Assembly (NCBI GenBank): GCA_002633005.1
Contig: NMRA01000246.1
Span: 172,025-236,024, forward strand
From: Phoronis australis
Lineage: Eukaryota; Animalia; Phoronida
DNA length: 64,000 nt
Direction: 5' to 3'
In this document: positions 63,026-64,000 of the stretch, piece after piece
How positions within the stretch are numbered: position 1 is the stretch's first letter
How the letters are laid out: each line of letters starts with the position of its first letter
Notes under the pieces: generated by a model
What the model was told of the DNA's origin: nothing
Database searches by the model: none
The model's input: only the letters and a program-made list of their open reading frames with translations
Translations under genes and position numbers: made by a program

Positions 63026-63769
63026 CTATAAACTCAGGGAACCAAAAATTTTTGTCAGCACTTCAATGTCTTGAATGTGCCCATGTTTCAAAAATAAATA
63101 ATAATGCTTTTTGAAGTCACTGTAAACACGAACTTTGACGAAGATATCATGTCCAGATTCTGAAATGTCAGCTAGCGGCACAAAATCTGTCAGTTCAAAA
63201 TATTCATCCACACGTCTACCCCAGAAATTCATGTGAGATATCCTCACAATATTCTCATCGTCACTAATAGAAATAAGGCCCACAGATTTCCTGAACATCT
63301 CACTCATGACTATCAGCATGATACTTGCAAATGATGCGATACCCATTGATTTCACAACGCTGTCCAGCCCCATGCTTCCTGAGGCATACATTGCACTACA
63401 CAGAGGAATCATACCAACAGTTAATGCTGTTTGGATAATCTTCAGCCTTGATAACAACCGCAATCCCTGAATGTACGGTAGGCGGTACACAACGCGATAA
63501 GACTGACTTCTATACAAGTCCTTCACAACATCTGATGGAGAGGAGTGCACAAATCTGGAGGATGCCACACACTCTGTTCTGAACATTAACTGACGCCCAG
63601 TCGTTGAAAATTTATGGTGCTGTGACATCTTGGAACAGTTCCACACGCATGGCAATGTTTTGATTTTTGCACATTTTCTTTGACCAATGGCAAACACTTT
63701 AACTCCATGACAGAATACAACTGGCCTTTGTAAGAGGTGCCTAACTGGACTTCGGCAAGTAAACATCAT
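63026..63769 (-). CDS. TMEM186: Transmembrane protein 186 (mitochondrial; MCIA complex I assembly factor)
   Basis: YRLPYIQGLRLLSRLKIIQTALTV, two hydrophobic segments and VRISHMNFWGRRVD; basic presequence-like N-terminus. A splice acceptor at 63781-63780 precedes ATG 63769, so the true start may be in an upstream exon. Confidence 0.9.
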   Translation of the reverse strand: MMFTCRSPVRHLLQRPVVFCHGVKVFAIGQRKCAKIKTLPCVWNCSKMSQHHKFSTTGRQLMFRTECVASSRFVHSSPSDVVKDLYRSQSYRVVYRLPYIQGLRLLSRLKIIQTALTVGMIPLCSAMYASGSMGLDSVVKSMGIASFASIMLIVMSEMFRKSVGLISISDDENIVRISHMNFWGRRVDEYFELTDFVPLADISESGHDIFVKVRVYSDFKKHYYLFLKHGHIQDIEVLTKIFGSLSL

Positions 63770-63923
63770 CTTGTTGGCTCTGAAAAGTAAGTGCATGATT
63801 GTCTTTTTTTAAAACTGCATTTAATTGCTATTTAGAAACCAAAAAAACAACAATGAAAGTAAGTCAATCAAGCTCATAAAGACAGACTGATAATATTCCT
63901 TGAAGTGATAGGACTTGTTTTCT

Positions 63924-63937
63924 GTTACCATGGTAAC
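63924..63937. promoter_or_regulatory. Perfect palindromic RFX X-box
   Basis: GTTACCATGGTAAC. Confidence 0.6.
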
Positions 63938-64000
63938 ATCGAAACCATCAGCGACTCGAGAAAATGCATTCAAAGTTATTTAAGCTAGGTTGGCAAACCT

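Overview
AT-rich, intron-containing animal genomic DNA. An invertebrate origin, possibly lophotrochozoan, is inferred from gene structure and repeat content; nothing looks prokaryotic. Five protein-coding genes are supported. (1) 5' part of an FBXW10/CDRT1-like F-box gene (-, three exons, 2051-9057). (2) An SLC26/prestin-like anion transporter whose TM+STAS region lies in one >=1.88 kb exon, truncated by an assembly break (-, 18643-20520). (3) C7orf50/cholesin-like WKF protein (+, 3 coding exons). (4) A 10-exon TK2/Dm-dNK-family deoxynucleoside kinase that the ORF track misses (+, 53547-60429). (5) TMEM186 (-). Intergenic DNA holds decayed L1/Tx1 and CR1/L2 LINE pieces, many MITE/fold-back elements and tandem repeats. 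Two near-identical tandem duplications abut N gaps and are probably uncollapsed haplotypes. The most interesting signal is the kinase: a TK2/dNK backbone with a rewired base pocket (Q81->D, V84->A, M88->R, A110->T in Drosophila dNK numbering) and no mitochondrial presequence, suggesting an uncharacterised specificity. Next are the single-exon SLC26 with a divergent TM10 motif (APPRC) and a TIR-bounded minisatellite element nested in a LINE tail. All exon models and family assignments were made by eye from splice signals and remembered motifs; no database search was run.
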